DNA of 64,000 bases from Podarcis erhardii (taxonomy: Eukaryota): assembly GCA_964252035.1 (NCBI GenBank), contig OZ176205.1, one strand, 5' to 3'. Within the stretch, counting starts at the first letter, position 1. Every line of letters begins with the position of its first letter. Below the pieces are notes generated by a model. It was given only the letters and a program-made list of their open reading frames with translations, made no database searches and was not told the origin of the DNA. Positions 27,656 to 40,600 of the stretch are shown here, piece by piece. Made by a program: the position numbers and the translations under genes.

Positions 27656-28353
27656 ATCTAATAGATGCAAAAAAAGCAAACAGTGGATTTTAACAGTATA
27701 CCAATTTTCAGTATGAATTAGTAAAAGTAAAAAAGTTTTATGGAGATTTTTCAAAATATAACTTAATGACTAGTCTTCAGCATTTTAAAACAGAGCTCAT
27801 CTGCAAGACGTTTTTCTGTTAAGCACTCCCAGACTCCAAATGGCATATTTCTAACACAAACGCAGTTTTAGTAACTAAAAAGCATATAATCCTTACTACA
27901 CTGAATTCTTAAGCAAAGTGCTGCAAAGCGATTGCTTAGCACATATTGCCTTTTAGAACGATTCAATAACAAGCCTGAAAAAATATACTAAAGAATTAAA
28001 CCATGTATAAAAACAAATGTTAACTATAGCAGCTATATGGGTCTGAGACAGTGGTCATGGATAAAAAAGAAAATGCAACTGTTAATGCAGTAGAAGTATG
28101 TCAAGGAACATCTTCATGTACATGCAATTTTTAATCAAGTAGAAAGAGGAGGATATCAAGATGCTAAACAGCAAAATACAGTAATGAAAAAGATCCTTCT
28201 ATAACTATTCTGCAAAGGGAGAATACCAATGTAAAGCTCAAACTTTCAAGGAAAAAAAACCTTAATTGTGTACATGTACAGCATTACTAAGAAACCCTTG
28301 AATTCTCCGAGTACCCACATATCCAACTTACCGACACAGGAGGTTTCATATTA

Positions 28354-28359
28354 TTTATT
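28354..28359 (-). terminator. FUBP1 proximal polyA signal AATAAA
   Basis: Canonical hexamer about 330 nt after the GQ* stop. Confidence 0.65.
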
Positions 28360-28685
28360 GTAAAGCACAAAACAGGCATTTAAAAGTGATCAAGTATACA
28401 TTGAAAAAGTACATTTATATCACAAAGCATTGACCACATAATAGTTGCAAATACATTTGCTGGAATGTGTACATCTACACTAATGTACTAAAAACAAACC
28501 AATTTCCATTTCTACACAGAAATATTACCTCCTATCAGTAGTGATAGATATTTTGTACATTTTCAAAAACACTATTTTTAAACCAAACAAAATTATGATC
28601 TTCAAGAAGGCGTCTGCATCCATACATTTAACAAAGGTTTTTTTCCCCCACATAATGAAGCAAATACTGTATTGTCCACTTCTTA

Positions 28686-28694
28686 TTATTGGCC
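28686..28694 (-). CDS. FUBP1: FUBP1 main terminal exon GQ* (then a second TAA), start of 3'UTR
   Basis: tttcttcgcacag|GGC CAA TAA TAA. Confidence 0.92.
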   Translation of the reverse strand, partial: GQ

Positions 28695-31600
28695 CTGTGC
28701 GAAGAAATACATAAGAGATACACAAAAAGTTAAAGAAAATCTTTTTTAAATTGTGCTAACTCAGGAGTGAAGCCTTTAAGAAAGAAAAATTGGTTAATGT
28801 AATGGTGGTGGCTTCCTGCATGGCTTCAAAAACCCTGGGAGGAGAAATTTTTTGATCAAAAACATCGAATGTATGCAAAGAAAGACACAGAACTCCAGTT
28901 AACAGAGCATAAATCAATTTACGGATTATCTTTTACCAGGATAAATAATGCATACTCCAGGTAAGATATCAAAGTGGGAGACATGCAAAAAAACAAAAAA
29001 CACCCCACAAGATAAAGGTTAAAAAAAAATATCACTAAAATATCAGCCAAATAAGTCAAGATTGTTATACCTGTGGTGCTGGAGGATGTTGTGGCATTCC
29101 TTGTGGACTTGTCTGGGCATAATAGGCTGCCTGCTGTCTATAGTATTCAGCCCACGCTGCACTATAATCTGGCTGACCCGCTGGTGGGGCTCCGGCTGGA
29201 GCTGGAACTGCCTGACCTAGAACAAACATACATTACACAACTCTGGTGCCATAAAAGGGACAAAAGAAGCTCAAAATAATCTCGTTTCTAACAAACATTA
29301 CCTTGCTTCTTGTAATATTCCTCCCAAGCCTTTGAATAATCTTGTGGCTGCCCTTGTTGACCTGCAAAACCCCCCACATTTTAATGTAAACACAGCTCCC
29401 AGGTACACCAAAATTACAGACAAGAATACAGTGGAAGAGTTCTTTGCTGTTTTATTTGAAGTTTATTGCAAACAGAGAGAGAGATAATATTAAATCTCTA
29501 ATTTGTATATTTTCTTCTACACATTGTTCCACAGTTTAAAATTAAGATTTAAGCACTGTATGCCTACATTTGAGCTCAGCATTTGTAGAATGGCTCATAG
29601 CCCCACCCCTCAAAAGTTTACGGCAGAAGTGTGTGTGGGGAAATCTATAGCTGAGATGCCCCACTCCATATTAAGTATATTGTTACATACATAAACTATC
29701 TCACCCGATCCCAGTTATTGCCCCCTCTGTGAGAATTGTATTGCTGGGGGGCTGGGGGATGTACAGCACGTATACACAATATTCTACAAAGTGGGCACAC
29801 AGGAGTCACTGCCGTGTTCCTACAAGGTGAACCAGCCCTGAAGTGTATCAAACTGAGAAAGTTTGAACATTACTTCTCCCAACACTGCTTCAAATATTAA
29901 GAATGCATTTCCTGTCAAAACACGTTTAACACACATTTAACGACATTAGATTTTTCAATTGCTGCCTATGCAGAACATAGAAGAGTCAGGCCGGTCAATT
30001 CCTAGTGACCACATGGGTTCCTTTAAATTAGCTCACTGATTAATTGTGTATGTTTTAATTAATTAATAAAAATTAGATTTTCAAAGCATATTATATATTT
30101 ATACTGAATGAAGCAAGATCATTAGTCTTAAAGTTGCAAGTGTCAGCAATTTTGAAACAGGAAAGGGTCACAATAAAAACTAAAAGAAATCAAGCCTGTC
30201 CTTGATGTTTTCCCCACGCCTTCTAAGTGAGTTGGCATGTAATGGTGGGAGAAGGAACTCAAGGGATTTAGAAGCACCACATCCTGTAATTCCTCCAAAG
30301 AATTATCAGATATATGGAGTTAAACTTTTAGCATCACAAGAAATCCTATGAAGTTGCTTAACCTATGAGATAGAGGTAATCTACTGAGCTTCATATATAG
30401 TATCATGAGCCCCCAATTTCAGGTAATAACATACATATTAAATTACAAGTTCTGTAACTGGCTCATATGTTACTTTGGAATCAGATAATTCCAACTATAA
30501 GGACATCCATACTGATAAAAATGGCTGAAGGCAAAGTACTGCTATACTGATGTGACTTTTCCGCAAGTTGTACAGTGTTTCGCAACCTTGTGCCTCCAGC
30601 TGTTTTTGAACTACAACTCCCATCATCCCTTACTAGCAAGACCAGTGGCAAGGGATGATGGGAATTGTAGTCCAAAAACAGCTGGAGGCACAAGGTTGGG
30701 AAACACTGATTTATCAGACCAAAAAGTGGCCTCCAAGTGTCTACTGTTAATTCTATTTTTGAAATAATCAAGGTGGCTCAAACAGGATAATGTGCAGGAA
30801 TCTTTTAAGTACTTAACACCTTAGGAAAACGGCAGAATAGAAATATTGAAGTAATGTTTAACATTAATGTGATATTTAAAGTATAGCATCTTGTTTCAAT
30901 TTATTGATGCATGCTTTAATATCTTACTATAAACAAGATATTAACTTGATCCATGAAAGGATTAATTCTACATAATTTTTAAATACATCACTGTTGAGGG
31001 GACACGTGAACAAGAAATGCACGCAAAAAACTAGTTCCAAGTTGTAGTAAAACTTTTGCCAAAATGGAAATTGTTATACCAACAGAACAACTTGCTTGGA
31101 TACTGCTCTTAGTGCACAGTAGCAAATGTATTATTTTTTATTTTCTGACATTTAACTTAAGGTGATATACATGGATCCCAGATAGTTGCCCATATAAACA
31201 CCATAGCTGCTTAGCTTCAGCAAGATGCTGACATTATTGGACGCATACTATATATACACTGGGACTTAAAAGTCTTTGAATCTGAAGCTATGCAACATTC
31301 AGGAGTGGAGGGCATAGATATTTCCTGCAGTGATGCTAGTAAGTTACTTTTACAAATATGTCACAGTCATAAAATAATAGCCTTGGATATGACTACCAGA
31401 ATCTTTGAATGGATCCAAAGATCCCACTGCATCATGTAAAGCATTTCTGCTTGTTCACAGTAGTCTATTATTGACTCAACCACCCTCTGTTCTCAAGAGC
31501 CATTCTAGAGAGTCTAACTACCTGAAACCAGGTTATAGGGGTGAAATACTTCTTTCAATATGCCCCTCCACCTGAGGGAAGCACTTTCTACTCAAACAGC

Positions 31601-34600
31601 TGGGTCTCTGGATCCAAACTTCTATTTTGCTCTAACAAGGTTTGAATCAATTTGTAGCAGAGTAAGCAGTAGAAAACCACAAACAAGGGTGTTACTGTGA
31701 ATTAATTCATACTAGAACTACTGGTAAAGTTGTAAATATTGAGAAAGCAGTACTAGGGTCTTAGCAGTTTCTTAAGAGAATCATCATATGGAATTGCTGT
31801 ATTTGAACTAGTCTGTAGATCACATATGCCAGGCTGATTTAAAACATTTGGAAGAACTCTAAACTCAAGAAAATGCCTACCTTTATCTGCTAACAAGGCT
31901 ATTATGCCCTCAAGAGCTAATTTGGCATTCCTTGAAATCCAACTGAAAAAACTAGTCCTGCATATACTCTATTTTAAAATCTCTGCTCCACAACTCAGAT
32001 TCAGTCATGCTTTTAATGAAAAACATGGCAATACCAAGAGAAGGGCAGAATAGTCGTGACAATCACTATTCTCTTCCCCCGCTCTGCCACACACACAATC
32101 AAATGAATCCAGGAGTAATGATTAACATAATTTTAATTTACGGGCACACCCAAGCAAAAATACCAGAATGAGGCTGGTCTACGTTAAGAGATTTAGCATC
32201 CTGTCAGACCTGCATATATTTCCCTGATTAAGAATACCTGGCTAACCTTATGTCTGAAATATATGGGATTTATTGTAAATTTCTGAATTATGCACATTAA
32301 AAACAACAACCAGGATGTGATAATTCTATAAGAATGGTTAATGTCCCTTGAAATTCCAAAAGGGCTCAAGTCTCTCTCAATCACATTTTTGTTGTTCCTG
32401 CCTCAACCTAACTCACATGGTACAGCTTCACCTTTCCTCTCTGCTCTTTGCAGGCACAGTGACACTGAATTCTGGTGTGTCCCTACATTAGAGGAGAAAG
32501 AACTACATGGGTCTTGTCATGACGCACATCTGGCATGAATGGAAATGATAGAACTGTGAGATGGTGTCTATCAAGTGTGGCAGACTTTTCCATTTAGCTA
32601 GCTAGAGATATGCTCGTTACTGGCAGCATACATCATCTGATATGATGATGGTCATTAAGTGTAATGGCTGTTGTTATCAAGCACTGTTAACTCCACAAGG
32701 TAGGGAGAAAGATGCAGAGATGTTTTAGGTTACAAAATCTAAGTTACTCTACACTTCATGCAAAATAGCTATCCTTGCAATTCCCTGAGAACCCACTTTT
32801 CTTGATACATAATGAAGAGGTATTCATAAGATTCCCAATTCTTAATTTCAGGAGCAACTGAGTAAATTGTCTTGCTACTTAAAAAATGCATATGAAACAG
32901 CAAAGCTTTTTAGAGAAGTAAATAATAAAAGCCTCCTTTTTACATCAATAAAAATGTAAAACATACCCATTTTTTTATAGTACTCTTCCCATGCCTTGGT
33001 GTAATCTACCTGCCCTGCTGGTGCTGGATTTGGCTGATCTCCTACATGAAAAGAAAGTTGAAAGAAAAAGTTTTTTGTGCGAACATGGATAGAAATACTG
33101 GCAGAGATAGTTCTGCATTTAAATTTACACACATTATGCGAAGTCAACAGCTGACAAGAGACCAAAAAACCCACAAGGTCAACTGGAAGGTATCTCACAG
33201 CACAATGAGCAAAATTACATTATGGGTGAGTGTCAGTCACTTATTTAGGAACTGCAGAGGATACCAACACTGAAATGTAGAAGCATACAGCTGATGCAAA
33301 ATACAACATACACATTTTCCAAGTAGTTTAAAGCAATGATTCTGAAACTGGTATTTTTTACAGTCAAAGACTCAAGGCATAGGACATACATGATGACTGT
33401 TGGTGGGCACCCCACATCCATCAATGTCCTTTCTTCAAAAAGTCAGTAACAAAAAATCCCTTCCACTGATTATTATTTGTACCCCGCCCATCTGGCTGGG
33501 TTTCCCCAGCCACTCCTTTGCTCTACCAAGGCTGCCTCAGATTCCAATTTGACAAAGTCTGGTCTATATACCATGATGGCCACATGTGTCTGAAAATGTG
33601 TATGCATTGCAGTTTTTTTTTGCAAGAGTTGTTTGATAGTTGGCTGTAGTGCCAGATAAAAGCACTACAGTAGAATATATTATGTATATCAAAAGGCTAG
33701 TATTTTGATCTATTAACAGTATCAACAAGCACACCAGTGATGAAATCTAGACAAAATTTGGGCACCCTACAGTTGTCATGCACCAAGTTGTTCAGGCCAA
33801 ATTTCTACCCAAATGCACAGATTAGTATATGGTATCTGGAGCACTGGCTTCTTTTCTATTTGGCACTTCCAAGCAGGAGCTGAGTATGTATGGCTGTGTG
33901 TGACACTAGCCTTATCCTACACACTAGCCTTATCCTATCTCTGTATAGAAGGAACGGTGGAAGAAACAGGTGTGTGATTCACACAATGCCACATCAATGC
34001 TTTGGCACTATAGGAATAAGCCATGGACAGTTTCAGGCTCACGTTATTCTTCTTGCTGCTTATCCAGAGATCTAGGAATTTCAATCCAGGATTTGCCAAC
34101 ACATGATTTGCATATGCCAAGCTTAATGCAGCTGTCTGAATAATATGACAAACTATAGTTTACTGCCAAAGCAGGACTAGAATCCTGAGCTGCAATGGTG
34201 AATAGGTGACAGCATGTCAGCCTCTGACATAATGTTCGCCACACTATCATAGTGAAAAGAATGAGAAAAAAAGGATAAGAGATCAAGCGCAAAGGAAACT
34301 GGATGGAGAAGGGTAGAAAGAAAGGTGACTGATAGAGCAGCAATCCAGTGGTAGCCAAGACCTTGACAATGCTCTGGGCACTTTTGCTGAAGTAAGATTA
34401 AGATGATAGGGTCAGAAAAAGGAAAAACTCGAGGTAGAGATAGCCACTGACTTGGAAAACAAAGAGGATTGAACATGATCCAGCAGGCACTTCCTAGGTT
34501 ATGCTGATTCCCCTTGCAGAAGCTGGTAATCTCTAGTCTCAATGCACCAGCATGCCACATAGTGCTCAACACAATTTTCAATTCTAGTCTTAGAAAACCA

Positions 34601-37600
34601 GCATTCATTTTTGCAACAGATCATTTTTGTTATACCATCAGAATTTCAGGTGGAATTTGTGAGGCAAAACTGTGTGTCTCAGATTATATGAGACTATCTG
34701 GTCAAAACAATGCCCTGGATTCGAAGTTTGAATGAATTCAAGGAAGTTCATGAAATGAAATTTTGCCCTCCCAACGACTTGTGCCTCCCTGAAAAGCCTC
34801 TTCTGCGGACTGGAGATTCTTTAATGGACAATGTGGGATAGGATAATCACTCCAAATTGAGCAGACCTTTCCCCACATTATTCAGGAGAGGTCCCTGAAG
34901 AGCTTTTTCGAAGAGTCAAACCTTCCTTCAGTGAACTTCCTTTAAGTTCTTATGATCCAAGCCTCCAAATACAATGATCTTACAAAACTGATTGGGTACC
35001 TTGTCCATTGGTCTGAGTGGCTGGTGGTGCACTAGGCGGAGCTGCAGGTGGTGGCTGTGCTTGCTGCTGATAGTAGTGAGCATAATAAGCTGCCCATGCT
35101 GCTGAATTAGGGTCTGTTGGCTTACCTAGGAAATTAAACATTAAGTTCAACATATATTTGGTAGGCTTCCTTTATTTTCCATACGCTATAGTTTAGTCAC
35201 ACAGTTCCTGTCTAATTGGCCGTATACAAACCATATTTTGGTTCAAGGCTGCAACCCTAAATACACATATCTTTTAACATTATGGCATGCACAGGATTTT
35301 GCTTTAAGTCAAAGTAGCCCAGGTCAATTTCTTAAACTTTCAACAATATTTAGTCAGGTGACTCAAATAGCAATCCTATGCAAACATCCTTGGGAGTGAA
35401 TGTCAATAAATCAGTAGGATTTGTTTCAGAGTCAACATATTTAGGAATTTTAAAAATAATGTACCATGTTATCTCTCGTTTTAAACATGGAACTCAATGC
35501 AATCAAACACCATCTTGGACACGAGAATACATGTAGTTTCTTAAACTGTTTCTCCTTACCAGGATCTGGAGGATTTGGTGGCTGCCAGTGTGGATAAGCA
35601 TTACCCCATCCTTGCGGAGCATATGGTGCTGGAGGGCCACTAAGGAGGAAGCGTATGTGCAATCATTATTAAATAGAAATGGAAAGCAACAAAACACAGC
35701 AGCTGCAGCTACTTCAGACTTCTAAACAAGTCACGTGGTTGCCACTGGTGCTTGGAGGGGCAAACCCCCCAATTTACAGCACTTTCCCCACCCAGTGCTG
35801 GAACACCCTATTTCTGGGGAAAGCTCTAATTAGCTATTTGCAGCTGCAACTAATGTAGCAAATGCATTAAAATCAATCCTGGAAATGGGTTGAAACCAAA
35901 GGGTTATGCAATAATGTTTTTGGTTACTTGGTGAATAAAATGTTAATTTACTAGCACTTAGAAAATGTGTTATTAGGTAGCAAAAACAAGTTTTGGCCTG
36001 AATTCTACTGATGTAGCCCCGTGTTCGGGAGTAAGGAGAGTGAAGGTGGAGAAGGGGTATGCTCAGTTTTGTGGTTAAGTAGCTGTCAAAACAAAACAAA
36101 CCAAACCAAACCAAACCAAACCAAACCAAACCAAACCAAACCAAACCAAACCAAACCAAACCAAACCAAACCAAACCAAACCTGTCCCAGTAGCAAAAGG
36201 GTTTGTGATTTCTATTTGATACTTTTGTAAATTTATTTATAAGAGTAAGTTACTTACTGAGGTGCAGGACCAGGAGGGCCAGGTGTATAGGGAGCTGGAT
36301 TGTAAGGTCCCATTGGAGCTCCAGGAGGCGGCCCAGGGGGCCCATGTGGCCCAGGGACAACACCATGAGGTCCATGTGGCACAGGTGGCCCCAAAGGATT
36401 TACTGGACCCTGAAACCAAAGATAAATGACATGGATGAAGTTGCTATCAACCAACTGTAAGAACAAGCTTGTTCCAATATCCAACTAATGCTCCTCTTCT
36501 CTAAATATCTCCTTCGGGGAAGGAATTCCAGCTCTCCATCCCTCCGGAAATCCTTTGCTCTAAAAAGATTCTGCAGTCACACTAACTTTTACAGAACTCA
36601 CATTATTTGGTTCTCATGTAGCTTCTTACAGTAATCAGTGGACTAAGAAGACATTCAAACTTAGAAGTACTAGCTCCTTGACTGCTAACAGTTCATGGGG
36701 TAAACAGCAATTGTACTAGGGCAAATAGCTTGACATATTCGCTACTCAAATAGCTCTATGACATGTGAGAAAATGCATGAAGAATGCAAGGTATATTTTG
36801 TGTATTTTCCCCAAAGCTGCCAATTACTACTAGCATCATGAGGCAACTTCCACACAACTATCATAGGAGCTGGTTTCCTCTTACTTTACATAACTAAATA
36901 AATATGGTTTTCCAGAATACTTACTCCAATCTTTTCTTCTATGAGCTGCCGAGCATAGTCAATCTGCTGTGGTGTCCCCCGGATGGTAAACAATTTCATA
37001 TTTGGATCTGCATTTGGTGGTGGGTTTCTTTGCAGTTCTATTCTAGCACCAGATTGCTGGCTAATGCTCTTGATAGTTTCACCACCTGAAATTTTAAGTA
37101 CAAATTATTGCACTGAATTTGTTGCTAGTTCCTAAAGAAACAGAGTAGTGAAATTTTAAACAAGTCTACGCTCCCCTGAAGAAATATTATCAGTCTAAAA
37201 CAGAGCAAGACCTCTTGAACAGATTCACTTCAGGCTGTATTTGAATTTGTGGTGGGAACCTTTTTGTTCCATTGTATTACTGGCCCTATTCAGGAGGAGG
37301 AGGAGTAACAAGTCACACATTCTCTAGCTCCTCCAGGAAAAGTGACACTTCCACCACCTCAGTCCCAGTGCCTAATCGATGCCAGTAAGATGGTGTCACA
37401 CATAACTCAACATTGAATACAGCTACCCCATTTAGAAAATCTCAGTTTAAATGTAACAGTAGAAAAGCGATCTGCCAAATAAATCAAGTTTATTACCTTT
37501 CCCAATAATTAATCCAGTTTTTCCAGTCGGGACAATGAAATTAAATTCTTGCAATCCACCAGGTGGTCCCATATTCCAATTGCCCTGACCTCTACCTCGT

Positions 37601-40600
37601 CCACGACCTCCAGGTCCTGGACCACCAGGATTGCCAGCCTAGATTGAGATGAATAAAACAAAAGAAAATCAGAAATAATTCAAAAATTACTGCAACCTAA
37701 AAAGACTAGCAATTTTCCCTCTGCCAAAATTCCAAAAATACAATGCATAGTGTATATATGCCAATGTCTTAAAAAAAAAAAAAGAAAAAAAGAAAAGAAA
37801 AAGAAAAAGAAAAGATGAACAATATTTTTGCAGACGTTGGAGAATCTATTTTACTTTTTTTGATCCTTTTGATACCTCAATGTCAGCTGAATGAAAAGCA
37901 TTTGGGCCAAGGAACCATGGGGATGGGTAAGGCAGGGATACGGGTTTACCTAAAATATGGCATACATTTTATGTACACCTGGGGCAGAGATGTAAAACAA
38001 AAAGCATAGCTACCACTAGCAAATGTCTGCCCAGGGTATACTGCTTCAAATTGACATGACATGAGTATTGCTCTATATAGTGGGGGAGGAGAGCTGATAT
38101 TTCAAAACTGGCAACCAAAGGAGTGCATTTACCTCCATACCAAATAAATGGCATGGAATAGGGTCCACACTTAGCCCTTCTTTGACATGCTTTTTTTTTT
38201 TTTTTGTATGAGCCTCTACCTGCAATCTGAAGTAACTCAGTGCAGACATAGCTTTAGGGATACAAGAGGCACCCTGATAGACTAGACCAATAGCTCATCT
38301 TATTAAGCATCCTGTTCTCCCAAGGATCAACCAGATGCCTATGGGAAGACAGCAAGCAGGATGAGCACAACCACTTAGTGAAAACCATGTCTTTGACAAA
38401 CAACCTTACCTATCAATGTTGCCTTTATTTCCCCAGAATGACAGCTTTCAGTCAGCAATCTTTCTATGTACACTGCTAACCAGCAACACCATGCTTGGCA
38501 AACACAGTGTTGGCTAACCCACACTGAGGTGAGGCTCAGCATTTATCTATCCCACTGAAAACCAACAAATGCCACAAAGCTTAGAAGGACAAAGTTCCAT
38601 TAATCCTAGAATTAAAGTGTCTCATGCCAGCAGTTTTACATATGAAAGCACACCCCAGAAACTGATGAGAACTTATTTCATACCATTAAATTATTTTGCA
38701 AAGTATTTTTTCCTGAATTGAGGATTTCTGTAGCCTTGCAGTGGTTGAACAAGAATCACAAACAGGCACTGACAATTTGCAGAGTTGATGTTTTCTTTTA
38801 ACCCAGAATGGCTATCATAGGTAGGCTAGTGGATATTTTTGGTTTCAAGGCTAGAAATTTGTTAACACAGCTATTTAAGTAACTATCACAAATACTAAAG
38901 CTCCCATTAGCCCACTTCCTTTGAAGTTGAGAAATGTATTCAAATACATTTTAAAAGAAACCCAGTAATATTTTATAAACCACTTGATTTCATAAACATT
39001 CCTAGCAGCTATGAACCAACCTGAACACTTCGAAGAAGATCCGTAATAATTTCTGCTGCATGTTGGCATCTGTCTGGAGGTCCTGTGATTTGGGCTATTC
39101 TGTCTGGAGTTGTTCCATCATCTGGAAGAGGAATGGAATATTAAAACAAATTTCCTTTGAAAATTAGGAGAAAACCTCTGAATTTTATGTCATGTACATA
39201 TAGGCAGTTCACCTGGTTTGAACTGTATCCTCACACCAGCATCATTCTGTATCTTTTTAATCATTTCTCCATTTCTTCCAATTACAATACCAACTGCAAA
39301 TCTTGGAATTGGTACCTGAAGAAACAAAACAAATTTTCAGCAAATGTTTCAAAGCAATCAAAAGTATTTACAGTGGTGCCTCGCAAGACGAAATTAATCT
39401 GTTCCGTGAGGCTCTTCGTATAGCGGTTTTTTCGTCTTGCGAAGCAAGCCCGTTGACAGTTTAGCGGATTAGCGCTATTAACGGTTTAGCGGCTTTTAGC
39501 GATCAGCTGTTAAGCGGCTTATCAGCGGATCAGCTGATAAGCGGCTTAGCGGCTTAGGAAAAGGGGAAAAAAAGGGGGGGGGAACCCGCAGGACATTTCG
39601 TCTTGCGAAGCAAGCCCATAGGGAAATTCGTTTTGCGAAGCGCCTCCAAAACGGAAAACCCTTTCGTCTAGAGGGTTTTCCGTCTTGCGAGGCGTTCGTC
39701 TTGCGGGGCACCACTGTATCTAGATTTAGGTCACTACTTTTGACACATCTCAAACATACAAGCAACCCACAATAAAGCCGCCGTGAAGAGGATTAGGTTA
39801 ACAAAAGGTCAGAGAACAGTAGGAAATTTAATAGCTGTACACCAGGCTTCCTCAACCTCGGCCCTCCAAATGTTTTTGGCCCACAACTCCCATGATCCCT
39901 AACTAGCAGGACTAGTAAGGGATGATGGGAATTGTAGTCTCAAAACATCTGGAGGGCCGAGGTTGAGGAAGCCTGCTGTAAACCTTTCCAAGCTATTTTT
40001 CTAACAAAATATTTAATACAACCCATAAGTATCATAACCATTATATTTTAGAGAAATAGTTCAATAATTGCCAAGAAGTTCATCGCTAAGTTTATAAGAG
40101 CCAAAAAATGGAATAAAAATCTGTTATTATTCTTTTTATTTATATCCTGTCCTTTCTCCTGGAAGAATCAAGGCGGCATACAGCTAAAACAGAAAAAGCT
40201 AAAAACATAGGGGGGAAAGCAATAGCTAAAAATAAAATAAAAAATACATTAATAGTATATACAAGCATCTCATTACATACTTTCCTGCCCTTTATTCTAA
40301 TTTGAAGAAAAAGAAGTGCTCTGAAAAAGACACTTTTCATAAAATGTTCTCATTATACTCACATCTAATCCTTCATTTCCTCCTATTCTTGAGCCATATT
40401 CATTGCGCACCTCTCTAAAACCACCTTGATCACGAATTAGGTCCAAAACCATTTCCTTGGCTTGCTAAAAGAGAATGAGGTACAATTCAGATGCAACAGT
40501 CTTAAAAGGAACATTATATAAAGGAACATTATTTTTTAAAATTAAAATATCATCTTACTTGAACTTTGTAAGGATCTCCTGTGATTCTAAGAGGTTTGTC

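Noticed and set aside
28826-28828. In-frame TGA as selenocysteine or programmed readthrough
   Set aside because: No SECIS recognised and the context TGA-AGC is not the TGA-CTAG readthrough motif; simple stop-gain is more parsimonious.
35830-36230. ORFs with VWFGL / QTKPN repeats
   Set aside because: Translation of the (CCAAA)n microsatellite; also not a CRISPR array, since there are no spacers.
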